Shown piece by piece: positions 8,525 to 16,565 of a stretch of 32,000 nucleotides of DNA (positions within the stretch are counted from its first letter, which is position 1; each line of letters begins with the position of its first letter). The notes beneath the pieces were generated by a model that was not told the DNA's origin, searched no databases, and saw nothing but the letters and a program-made list of their open reading frames with translations. Source of the DNA: Methylorubrum extorquens (GTDB taxonomy: Bacteria; Pseudomonadota; Alphaproteobacteria; Rhizobiales; Beijerinckiaceae). Both the position numbers and the translations under genes were made by a program. The stretch is from contig LT962688.1 in NCBI GenBank assembly GCA_900234795.1, positions 1,560,001 to 1,592,000 on the forward strand. The letters are read 5' to 3'.

Positions 8525-9264
8525 GCGATCTCACCCGCCGCAGGCTGATGCTCGGTTCCTCGGCCCTCGGGATCGGCGGCCTTCTCGGCGGCTGCGAGCT
8601 GATCGAGAGCGGACCGCGCCGGCCGGGCCTCTACGGCTTGAGCGACACCCTGACGCTGACCACCCAGCGCTTCCTCCTGCGCGACCAGCCGCTGGTGCGG
8701 GAGTTCGGGCCGGAGGCGATCTCGGCGGTGTTTCCCACCATCAACACCACCGATCCGGACAACCCCGATTACCGGCACTCGAAGGCGGCCGGGTTCTCCG
8801 ACTGGCGCCTGCCGGTGAGCGGCCTCGTCGAGCGCCCCGCCGCCTTCACGTTGGCCGAACTGAGGGCGATGCCGGCCCGCACCCAGGTGACGCTGCATAG
8901 TTGCGAGCAGGGCTGGTCGGCCATCGGCGGCTGGACCGGCGTGCCGCTGTCCCACGTTCTGGCGAGCGTCGGGCTCAAACCCGAGGCGCGCTTCATCGTG
9001 ATCCGCACGGTCGACGGCTGGTGGGACAGCTACGACCTGTTTGACGCCCTGCACCCGCAGACGATCCTGGCCTACGGCATGAATGGCGGCGACCTGCCCG
9101 TGGCCCATGGCGCGCCGGTGCGCCTGCGGGTCGAGCGCCAGCTCGGCTACAAGTCGCTGAAATACCTCGCCAGCATCGAGGCCACCGACCGGGTGGACGG
9201 GCTCGGCCAGGGCCGGGGCAGCATGGTCTCGGAGATGGGGTTTTCCTGGTACGCGGGGATCTGA
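8521..9264 (+). CDS. Molybdopterin-dependent oxidoreductase (sulfite-oxidase/YedY fold), Tat signal with possible lipobox
   Basis: Twin-arginine motif TRRRLML followed by LLGGC. Also WRLPVSGLVERP, HSCEQGWS (candidate Mo-ligand Cys), and GAPVRLRVERQLGYKSLKYL. Confidence 0.85.
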   Translation: MSDLTRRRLMLGSSALGIGGLLGGCELIESGPRRPGLYGLSDTLTLTTQRFLLRDQPLVREFGPEAISAVFPTINTTDPDNPDYRHSKAAGFSDWRLPVSGLVERPAAFTLAELRAMPARTQVTLHSCEQGWSAIGGWTGVPLSHVLASVGLKPEARFIVIRTVDGWWDSYDLFDALHPQTILAYGMNGGDLPVAHGAPVRLRVERQLGYKSLKYLASIEATDRVDGLGQGRGSMVSEMGFSWYAGI

Positions 9265-9299
9265 TACGGTTTCCGCTTGATCAAAGCGGGAACCGTATC
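9263..9299. terminator. Hairpin GATACGGTTTCCGCTT-GATCA-AAGCGGGAACCGTATC
   Basis: 16-bp stem with one mismatch, starting on the stop codon of the Moco gene, in a convergent intergenic region. Confidence 0.5.
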
Positions 9300-9415
9300 G
9301 GTCAGCCCGCGCGGCGCTTGAGGAGGGCACCCATCGCGCCAGCGCGATGGGATCCCACCGAAGCCCAAATCCGCCATCTCGAAGGGATCAACCGGATTTG
9401 GTATGAGAGGCCGGC

Positions 9416-10189
9416 TCAGCCGATCAGCGGCGTGCAGACCGTCCGCCCCTGCCCCGGCAGCGGCATCACCGCGACCTCGACCCCGTAGAGCAGCCGCAGG
9501 GTCTCCGGCGTCACCGTCTCCGAAGGCGGACCCAAAGCGACGAGGCGCCCGCCATGCAGCAGCGCCACCCGGTCGGCGCAGAGGAAGGCGTGGCCGGGAT
9601 CGTGCGTCGAGAGCACCACGGCGATGCCGGCGGCAGAGAGGCGCCGCACCTGGGTCAGCACCCGCGCCTGGTTGCCGAAATCGAGGCTCGCCGTCGGCTC
9701 GTCCATCACGAGGAGCCGCGGCTCGCCGGCCAAGGCGCGGGCGATCAGCGCGAGCTGGCGCTCGCCGCCGCTGATCTCGGTGTAGATCCGCTCGGCCAAG
9801 TGGCCGATGCTCAGCGTCGCCAGCGCCCGCTCGGCCGCCGCGCGGTCGGCCGGGCCGGGGCTGGCAAAAGCGGAAAGCCGGCTCGCGCGGCCCATCAGCA
9901 CCACCTCCCGCACGGTGAAGGGGAAGAAGGCGGCATGCGCCTGCGGCACGTAGGCGATTCGTTTTGCAACTTCGCGGCGTGGTAATGCCGACAGGTCGGT
10001 GCCGTCCAAGAGGACGCGGCCGGCGAGCGGGCGCAGCAGCCCGAGCAGGGTCTTGAACAGGGTGGTCTTGCCGCCGCCGTTCGGCCCGAGCAGGCAGAGC
10101 GCTTCGCTATCCCCAAGCGTCAGGCTGACGCCGGAGCCGACCACGCGGGCACCGTAGCCGAAGGCGAGATCCTGAACCTCCAGAATCAC
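9416..10189 (-). CDS. ABC transporter ATPase (FecE/BtuD type)
   Basis: Walker A GPNGGGKTT, signature ISGGERQ, Walker B LLVMDEPTASLD, H-loop STHD. Preferred start is the GTG overlapping the permease stop (GTGA), giving MILEVQDL. The track's TTG at 10222 is less likely. Confidence 0.9.
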   Translation of the reverse strand: MILEVQDLAFGYGARVVGSGVSLTLGDSEALCLLGPNGGGKTTLFKTLLGLLRPLAGRVLLDGTDLSALPRREVAKRIAYVPQAHAAFFPFTVREVVLMGRASRLSAFASPGPADRAAAERALATLSIGHLAERIYTEISGGERQLALIARALAGEPRLLVMDEPTASLDFGNQARVLTQVRRLSAAGIAVVLSTHDPGHAFLCADRVALLHGGRLVALGPPSETVTPETLRLLYGVEVAVMPLPGQGRTVCTPLIG

Positions 10190-11235
10190 GCCCAGCCCCG
10201 CTTTCCCGCGGCCAGCAGCCAAAGGAAGAACGGTGCGCCGACGAGCGCCGTGAGGATGCCGAGCGGCACCTCGATGGTGGCCACCGTGCGGGCCAGGAGA
10301 TCGACCGCGGTGAGGTAGCCCGCCCCGAGCAGCATCGAGGCCGGCAGCAGGCGGCGGAAATCCGGCCCGACCAGCAGCCGGGCGACATGCGGCACGATCA
10401 GCCCGATCCAGCCGATGACGCCCGTCACCGAGACCGCGGCGGCGGTCACCAGCGTCGCGCCCGCCACCAGGAGCGGGCGGAGCCGGCGCGTCTCGACGCC
10501 CAGCGCGCGAGCCTCCTCGTCGCCGAGGCTCATCAGGTTCACGCGCCAGCGCAGCAGCACCAGGGGGGCGAGGCCGAGGCCCATCGCCGGCAGGATCGCG
10601 GCGATGTCGCCCGCCGTGACCGAGGCGAGGCTGCCGAGCAGCCAGAAGGTGATGGCGGGGAGTTGGTTGTAGGGGTCAGCGAGCACCTTAAGCAGCGAGA
10701 TCCCGGCCCCGAGCAGCGCCCCCACGGCGACGCCCGCGAGCACGAGGGTCAGCACCGGATCGTGCCGGCGCACCGCCAGCCCGACGGCGTAGACGGCGCC
10801 GACCGCGGCGAGCCCTCCGGCGAAGGCGAGCCCCTGGATCGCCGCCACCGGCAGGGCGAGCACGATGCCGAGTACCGCGCCGAGGCTCGCGCCCGCCGAA
10901 ACTCCGAGGATGTCCGGCGAGACTAGGGGATTGCGGAACAGTCCCTGATAGGTCGCCCCCGCCGCCGCGAGCCCGGCCCCGACCACGAGCGCCCCGAACA
11001 CCCGCGGCAGGCGCACGTTCAGCACCACGGTCTGTGCGGCGGGATCGAGGGCGGGCGCTTGGCCGAACAGCTTGGCGACGAGCACCCCGAAAACGTCGGC
11101 GAGCGGCACGGGGTAGCGGCCGATGCCGAGCGAGACCAGGACGAGGAGGGTCAGCGCGACCGGGGCCAGGACCGCCAGCGGCAGGAGGCGCCACCGCGCG
11201 GGGCGGGCCTGAGCGGCGCCCGCGGCCTCGCTCAC
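10186..11235 (-). CDS. FecCD/BtuC-family ABC permease
   Basis: About 10 hydrophobic helices plus family motifs (RLPRVFGALVVGAGLAAAGATYQGLFRNPLVSPDILGVSAGA, VTGVIGWIGLIVPHVARLL). The GTG start overlaps the binding-protein stop (GTGA). Confidence 0.9.
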   Translation of the reverse strand: MSEAAGAAQARPARWRLLPLAVLAPVALTLLVLVSLGIGRYPVPLADVFGVLVAKLFGQAPALDPAAQTVVLNVRLPRVFGALVVGAGLAAAGATYQGLFRNPLVSPDILGVSAGASLGAVLGIVLALPVAAIQGLAFAGGLAAVGAVYAVGLAVRRHDPVLTLVLAGVAVGALLGAGISLLKVLADPYNQLPAITFWLLGSLASVTAGDIAAILPAMGLGLAPLVLLRWRVNLMSLGDEEARALGVETRRLRPLLVAGATLVTAAAVSVTGVIGWIGLIVPHVARLLVGPDFRRLLPASMLLGAGYLTAVDLLARTVATIEVPLGILTALVGAPFFLWLLAAGKRGWA

Positions 11236-12281
11236 CGGGTCGGCCCCGGTCCGGCAGCGTCGCGCAGGAGGCGGTCGAGCTGCTCGGGCGTGAGTTCGAC
11301 CCGGTAGAAGCGCTTGTAGAAGTCGCGCACGGCGTCGCCGAGCGTCTGCGGGAACTGCTCGGGGAAGAACAGGCCGGCGAGCCAGCGCAGGCCGATCAGG
11401 CGGTTGACTCCCGGCGGGGCATCGACCCAGCCGAAGGGCAGCGTCGGCACCGCGTGGACGCGTCCCTCCCGCACCGCCTTCAGCCCGTTCCAGAGCGGGT
11501 CGGCGGCGGCGAGCTTCGGGAAATCAGGATCGAGGGCGATGATCACATCCGGATTCCAGACCAGCACCTGCTCAGGCGAGACGGCGGCGAGCCCGCCGGC
11601 CCCCGCTCCGGCCACGTTGCGCCCGCCCGCCGCCTCGATGATCTCGGTGTTGATCGAGCCGGACAGGCCCGTCTCCAGCCCGCGGGGGCCGCGGCCGTAA
11701 TAGACGCGCGGGCGCTTCTCCTCCGGCACCGCGGCCACCGCCTCGGCCACCCCCTTCAGGATCGCTTCCGACGCCGCGGCGAGCGCTTCGCCGGCCTCCG
11801 GCGTGCCGATGAGCTGGCCCAGCGTCCGGTAGGTCTCGGGCGTCGCGCTGAAGCGCCCGTCGAGCAGCACGTAGGGGATGCCGGTCTGCGCCTGCACCCG
11901 GTCGGCGAGGGAGGCGTAGGTCGCCGCCGTGCTGCCGACATCGACGATGAGGTCCGGCTTGAGCGCCAGCACCGCCTCGACATTGGCGCTGCCGCCCCGC
12001 CCCGTCAGCCGCCCGGTGGCGGGCAGATCGCGCAGCGCGGGGGCGAGATACGCGCGCTCCTCCGGGCTCGGCGCCCGCGGCCAGCCGATCATCTTGTCGG
12101 GCGCCAGGGTGGAGAGCAGCACCGCCGCGGGCGGGCCGGCGGCGAGCACCCGGAGCACCCGCTCCGGCACCTCGACCCGGCGCCCGGCGGCGTCGGTGAA
12201 GGGCCGGGCCGCCGCGAGGCAGGACCACAGCAGGGCCGGCCACAGGCAGGCGAGCGCGAGAAGGCAGCGGAGCAGCGGCAT
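11232..12281 (-). CDS. Periplasmic substrate-binding protein of the iron-complex/cobalamin (cluster A, BtuF/FecB-like) class
   Basis: Signal peptide MPLLRCLLALACLWPALLWSCLAAA, LKPDLIVD, and operon context with the FecCD permease and ATPase. Confidence 0.8.
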   Translation of the reverse strand: MPLLRCLLALACLWPALLWSCLAAARPFTDAAGRRVEVPERVLRVLAAGPPAAVLLSTLAPDKMIGWPRAPSPEERAYLAPALRDLPATGRLTGRGGSANVEAVLALKPDLIVDVGSTAATYASLADRVQAQTGIPYVLLDGRFSATPETYRTLGQLIGTPEAGEALAAASEAILKGVAEAVAAVPEEKRPRVYYGRGPRGLETGLSGSINTEIIEAAGGRNVAGAGAGGLAAVSPEQVLVWNPDVIIALDPDFPKLAAADPLWNGLKAVREGRVHAVPTLPFGWVDAPPGVNRLIGLRWLAGLFFPEQFPQTLGDAVRDFYKRFYRVELTPEQLDRLLRDAAGPGPTR

Positions 12282-12435
12282 CGGGGAAGGGCGTCTCCCG
12301 TGATCGGATGCTACCTATAGCGGCTTCCGCCCCGGTTGGCGCCGCGCCCGAACCGCGCCGGCCCTGCCGGGTTGGCCGAAATACCGGCATCTGTCCCGAC
12401 TTGCCCATCGACCGCGCGCGAGTGTCCTCGAACCC

Positions 12436-13302
12436 ATGTCCGATCCCGCCGTCAGCCACCGCCACATCGACCTCCGCGGTCTGCGCCTGCATGTCGCCGA
12501 GGCGGGGCCGGCGGATGGGGTGCCGACGATCCTGCTGCACGGCTTTCCGGAATTCTGGTTCGGCTGGCGGCATCAGATCGGGCCGCTCGCAGGCAGCGGC
12601 CTGCGCCTCCTCATCCCCGATCAGCGCGGCTACGGCCTGAGCGACCGCCCCAAAGGCATCGCCGCCTACCACCTCGACCGGCTCGCCCAGGACGTGATCG
12701 CGCTCGCCGATGCCTGCGGGCTCGCGCGGTTCAACCTCGTCGGGCACGATTGGGGCGGGCTCGTCGCGTTCTGGGTCGCGAGCTTTCACCCCGAGCGGGT
12801 CGAGCGGCTCGCCGCGCTGAACGCCTGCCATCCCGGCGTGTTCGGCCCCTATCTCCGGCGCCATCCGGGGCAGGCCTTGCGCAGCGCCTATGCCGGCTTC
12901 TTCCAACTCCCCCTGCTGCCCGAACGGGTGCTGACGGCGCGGGAGGGCCGCCTGCTGCGGGCCCTGATGCGCCGGTCGAGCGCGCCCGGCAGCTTCACCG
13001 AGGCCGATCTCGATGTCTACGCGCGCGAATGGCTGCGCCCCGGCGCGGTCACCGCGATGCTGAACTGGTATCGGGCGCTCGCTCAGCTGCCCCGCGAGCG
13101 GCACCCGCCGAAGATCGTCGCGCCGACGCTGATCCTGTGGGGCGAGCGCGATCAGGCGCTCCAGACGGGCCTGGCCGAGGCGAGCCTGGACCTGTGCGAG
13201 CGGGGTCGCCTGCAGCGCTTTCCGCAGGCGACCCACTGGGTGCAGCACGACGCGCCGGAGGCGGTCAACGCCGCTCTGATCGACTTTCTGGGACGGTCGT
13301 AG
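12436..13302 (+). CDS. Alpha/beta hydrolase, epoxide-hydrolase-like
   Basis: HGFPEFWFGWRHQI (HGXP oxyanion motif), nucleophile motif GHDWGG, and a C-terminal His in ATHWVQHD. Confidence 0.85.
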   Translation: MSDPAVSHRHIDLRGLRLHVAEAGPADGVPTILLHGFPEFWFGWRHQIGPLAGSGLRLLIPDQRGYGLSDRPKGIAAYHLDRLAQDVIALADACGLARFNLVGHDWGGLVAFWVASFHPERVERLAALNACHPGVFGPYLRRHPGQALRSAYAGFFQLPLLPERVLTAREGRLLRALMRRSSAPGSFTEADLDVYAREWLRPGAVTAMLNWYRALAQLPRERHPPKIVAPTLILWGERDQALQTGLAEASLDLCERGRLQRFPQATHWVQHDAPEAVNAALIDFLGRS

Positions 13303-13316
13303 ACAACCATAAAAGA

Positions 13317-13339
13317 ATGCCGGGGCAGAGCCCCGGCAT
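13317..13339. terminator. Perfect 10-bp stem hairpin ATGCCGGGGC-AGA-GCCCCGGCAT between convergent genes
   Basis: Read directly. A-rich upstream (ATAAAAGA), so a U-tract is available for the minus-strand transcript. Confidence 0.6.
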
Positions 13340-13377
13340 CCCGCCAAAGAGATGTGATCCCTTTGGAAACCCGCTGA

Positions 13378-14517
13378 TCAGCGGCCGCTCATGCCGGCGC
13401 CGCCCTCGGCGCCGCCGCGCGAGCCGGATTGCATCCCGCCGCGCTGCTCGCTGCCGCGGTTGCCGCCGGTGTTGCCCATGCCGCCGCCCTGCTCGGAGGC
13501 GTTGCGGACGCCGCCGCGCTCGTTGCCCTCGCCGCGCATGCCGACATTGCGCGCGCCCTCGCCGCCCCGGCCCTGCTCCATCGAGCGACCGCCGCGTTCA
13601 GCCCCGCGCTCGGCCCCACGCGCCTGATCCGAGGCACGCATCTCGTTGCGCTCGCTGTCGCGGGTCTCGCTGCTGCGGCTGCGCAGATCGGTGCGGGTCT
13701 CCGACCCACGGACCTCGTTGCGCTCGCGGAAGCCCGCATTGACCGTGCCGCCGCGCCGCTCGGTGGTCGAGACGGTGGTGGAGAGGCGACGGTACTCAGG
13801 CGAGCCGTACATGACGCGCTGGCCGCGGATCGTTACGTAGCGGCGCGTCTCGCCGACGCTGACGAGGCGGCGATATTCCGGCGAGCCGTAGATCACGCGC
13901 TGGCCGCGGATGGTGACGTAGCGGCGCGGGCCGGTGCTGCGGCGCTCGGTGACGATCAGGCGGCGATACTCGGGCGAACCGTACACGATCCGTCGGCCGC
14001 CGACGAACACGTACCGACCCTCGCGGCGATAGCCGCCATCGACGGTGGTGGAGCGCACATCGGTGCGGCTGCTGACATGAGTCCGGTCGTGGGTGCGGTC
14101 GTGCGTGCGATCCTGGAACCGGTCGCTCCGCTCGGCGCGGGCGTTGCTGCGGACCGTGTCGCTCCGCTCATCGCGCTCGGCCGTGTCGCGGCCGGCGCGA
14201 CCGCTCATGCCGCGCTCCGAACCGCGCTCGCCGCGCGCCATGTCACCGCGATCCGCCCCGCCCCGGCCGGCTTCGCCGCCGTCCCGGTCGTTCCGGGCGG
14301 CACTGCGCTCACCGCCCATGGCGTTTCCACCCGAGCGCGCCTCGCTGCCCTTGGCACCCATGCCGCCGCGCTCGCCGCCCGACATCCCGGCTTGCCCACC
14401 GGACTGGTCCGCACCGGCCCGCATGCCGCCGCGCTCGGACCCACCGGTCGCGGCGCTTTGAGCGTAGACCGACGTGCTCATCAGCAACGCGGCAAGACCC
14501 ATCGCAATCGTCTTCAT
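13378..14517 (-). CDS. Secreted Arg/Gly/Glu/Ser-rich low-complexity protein with three tandem 21-aa repeats (379 aa)
   Basis: GGAGGA Shine-Dalgarno 6 nt before the ATG. Signal peptide MKTIAMGLAALLMSTSVYA-QS. High GC3 throughout. Central repeats are GRYVFVGGRRIVYGSPEYRRL, RRYVTIRGQRVIYGSPEYRRL and RRYVTIRGQRVMYGSPEYRRL (nt 13783-14019). The flanks are full of GGERGG/RGxERG strings and a DRTHDRTHDRTH mini-repeat. Confidence 0.7.
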   Translation of the reverse strand: MKTIAMGLAALLMSTSVYAQSAATGGSERGGMRAGADQSGGQAGMSGGERGGMGAKGSEARSGGNAMGGERSAARNDRDGGEAGRGGADRGDMARGERGSERGMSGRAGRDTAERDERSDTVRSNARAERSDRFQDRTHDRTHDRTHVSSRTDVRSTTVDGGYRREGRYVFVGGRRIVYGSPEYRRLIVTERRSTGPRRYVTIRGQRVIYGSPEYRRLVSVGETRRYVTIRGQRVMYGSPEYRRLSTTVSTTERRGGTVNAGFRERNEVRGSETRTDLRSRSSETRDSERNEMRASDQARGAERGAERGGRSMEQGRGGEGARNVGMRGEGNERGGVRNASEQGGGMGNTGGNRGSEQRGGMQSGSRGGAEGGAGMSGR

Positions 14518-14547
14518 GGCGTATCCTCCGAAACTTTAGACGCTCGA

Positions 14548-14573
14548 AACGTCGCAAAGGACAAAAGGGTTCT
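14548..14573 (-). promoter_or_regulatory. EcfG (general stress sigma)-like promoter motif AGAAC-N17-CGTT
   Basis: The minus strand reads gcAGAACccttttgtcctttgcgaCGTTtcg, about 30 nt upstream of the repeat-protein ATG. The alphaproteobacterial EcfG consensus is GGAAC-N16-17-CGTT, so there is one mismatch in the -35. Confidence 0.35.
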
Positions 14574-14765
14574 GCGAAAAGATGCCTGATCGGAAAAAGT
14601 CCGATGGGTCGCATGGGGATTGATTTATGTGAACAAGCTTGGCCATTTGACGTGGATGACGTCTTGCGTGTTCTGCGGGCGTCTTCACCGATTGGCTCTG
14701 ATGCCGGGCTCGATCTGCGCATCGACGCAAGCGGCGGCCTGGATCGACCTCTTGGTGCGGCCCGA

Positions 14766-16439
14766 TCAAACCGCCTGCTTGGGCTTAGCCATCCACTCGC
14801 GCCCCTTGAGCATGCCGTGCCAGTAGAGGGGCGGGAGCAGGCGCTCCTTGAGCAGCCACGCGGCCCGGCTCGGCTTCGTGCCGTCGAGGAGCCAGGACGG
14901 GAAGCTGGGAAGAAGCTTGCCGCCATAGCCGAACTCGGCAAGCAGGATCTTGCCGCGCTCGACGGTGAGCGGGCACGAGCCGTAGCCGTCGTAGACGGCA
15001 TCCGGCCCCTCGATGAAGCCCATATCGCGCAGCAGGTTGTGCGCCACCACCGGCGCCTGCTTGCGCGCCGCGGCGGCGGTCTTGGCGTTCGGCGCGCTGC
15101 AAGCGTCGCCCAGCCCGTAGACGTCGGTAAAGCGCTTGTGGCGCAGACTCGCCGGGTCCACCTCGACCCAGCCGCTCGGATCCGCCAGGGGGGATTCCCT
15201 GACGAAATCGGGGGGCTGCTGGGGCGGAACGACATGGATCATGTCGAACCCGGTCTCGAGCGTCGATGGGGTCCCGTCCTCGGCCGTGCGGGTGAACCAC
15301 GCGCGCTTGGCCGAGCCGTCGATGCGCGTGAGGTTGTGACGGAAGTGCAGCTTCGCGTCGTAGCGCCGGACGTACTCCATCAGGGGCGGCACGTATTCCT
15401 TCACGCCGAACAGGCTCGGGGTCGCCGTGAAGAGGTCGATCCCGATCTGCTTCAGGCGGCCCGCGCGCCGCCAATGGTCGGCGGAGAGATACATCGCCTT
15501 CTGCGGGGCGCCCGCGCATTTGATCGGCATGGGGGGCTGGGTGAACACGGCCCGTCCTCCGCCGAGGTTCCGGACCAGCTCCCAGGTATAGGGCGCGAGG
15601 TCGAAGCGGTAGTTCGAGGTGACCCCGTTCCGGCCGAGCGTCTCGACCAGCCCCTTGATGCCGCCCCAGTCGAGCTTGAGTCCGGGGGCAACGACGAGGC
15701 GGTCGTAGCCGATGGACCGGCCGTCCTCCAGCATCACGGCCTTCCTCTGGGGCTCGAAGGCGACAACGGCGGCCTTGATCCACGTCACGCCGTCCGGGAT
15801 CAGGGACGCCATGGTCCGGGCGGTCTCCGCCGGGTCGAACACGCCGGCGCCCACCAGCGTCCAGCCGGGCTGGTAGTAGTGGATGTCGGCCGGGTCTATC
15901 ACGGCGACCTCCAGGTCGGGCTTGCGCGCCTTCAGGCTTGAGGCCGCCGCGAGGCCGGCCGCGCCGCCGCCGACGATGAGAACCGCGAACCGTTGCTCGG
16001 TTCCCAAAGGCGCCGCGCCAGCCTGCGCCACCATCCGGGGCGCGGCGCCTTTCAGGTCGTAGCCCGCGGCCTTCGTGGCAGCCAGGATCTCCGCCACGGC
16101 GCGGCCGCGCCGTGCCTCGGCGAGCGACCATAGCGTCGCCGAGCGCGTGCCGGTGCCGCAATAGGCAAGGGTCGGCTTCGGCAGGGTGTCCGCCGCCGCC
16201 TCGAAGGCCGCGACATCCGCGTCGGTGATACGGCCCGACGTGACCGGCAGGTCGCGGGCGACGAGGTCGCCCTCCCCGGCCCGCCGCTCGATCTCACGAA
16301 AATTCGGCTGGTCGGGGGCCTCGCCGTCGGGGCGGTTGCAGAGGATCGACCGGAACCCGGCGGACGCGACCGCCGGGCTGTCGTCAGGCCGGATCTGCGG
16401 TGCGACGCCCAAGTCGCGCGTGATGTGATGGACGTCCAC
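14766..16439 (-). CDS. sqr: Fusion protein: N-terminal DUF442 (BLH-type sulfurtransferase/phosphatase-like) domain plus type II sulfide:quinone oxidoreductase
   Basis: The N-terminus (VAPQIRPDD...GFRSILCNRPDGEAPDQP...LAYCGTGTRS) matches DUF442. It is followed by the FAD motif VLIVGGGAAGLAAA and SQRDL-like motifs PIKCAGAPQKAMYL, GDACSAPNAKTAAA and GYGSCPLT. GTG start with GGAG 6 nt upstream. Confidence 0.88.
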   Translation of the reverse strand: MDVHHITRDLGVAPQIRPDDSPAVASAGFRSILCNRPDGEAPDQPNFREIERRAGEGDLVARDLPVTSGRITDADVAAFEAAADTLPKPTLAYCGTGTRSATLWSLAEARRGRAVAEILAATKAAGYDLKGAAPRMVAQAGAAPLGTEQRFAVLIVGGGAAGLAAASSLKARKPDLEVAVIDPADIHYYQPGWTLVGAGVFDPAETARTMASLIPDGVTWIKAAVVAFEPQRKAVMLEDGRSIGYDRLVVAPGLKLDWGGIKGLVETLGRNGVTSNYRFDLAPYTWELVRNLGGGRAVFTQPPMPIKCAGAPQKAMYLSADHWRRAGRLKQIGIDLFTATPSLFGVKEYVPPLMEYVRRYDAKLHFRHNLTRIDGSAKRAWFTRTAEDGTPSTLETGFDMIHVVPPQQPPDFVRESPLADPSGWVEVDPASLRHKRFTDVYGLGDACSAPNAKTAAAARKQAPVVAHNLLRDMGFIEGPDAVYDGYGSCPLTVERGKILLAEFGYGGKLLPSFPSWLLDGTKPSRAAWLLKERLLPPLYWHGMLKGREWMAKPKQAV

Positions 16440-16455
16440 CGACGGCTCCGTCGCT

Positions 16456-16471
16456 ATATAAAATTACATAT
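16456..16471. promoter_or_regulatory. Imperfect AT-rich palindrome ATATAAAATTACATAT in the sqr/prx divergent region (candidate ArsR/BigR-type operator)
   Basis: 12 of 16 positions are self-complementary. It sits in the only AT-rich patch of the cluster, adjacent to the TTGACT and TTGACA hexamers. Confidence 0.3.
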
Positions 16472-16565
16472 TGACTTAATCACCCGGAGCATATCGAATA
16501 TTGACAGAGGTACAATACCGGCACTACTTGCCTCTGTGCCGGCGAAAAGCCAGGAGCATCGATAT

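Noticed and set aside
12420-12440. tRNA-like T-loop string GGGTTCGAGG on the minus strand, and a general scan for tRNA/rRNA.
   Set aside because: No complementary T-stem or acceptor stem surrounds it. No other tRNA- or rRNA-like segments were seen.
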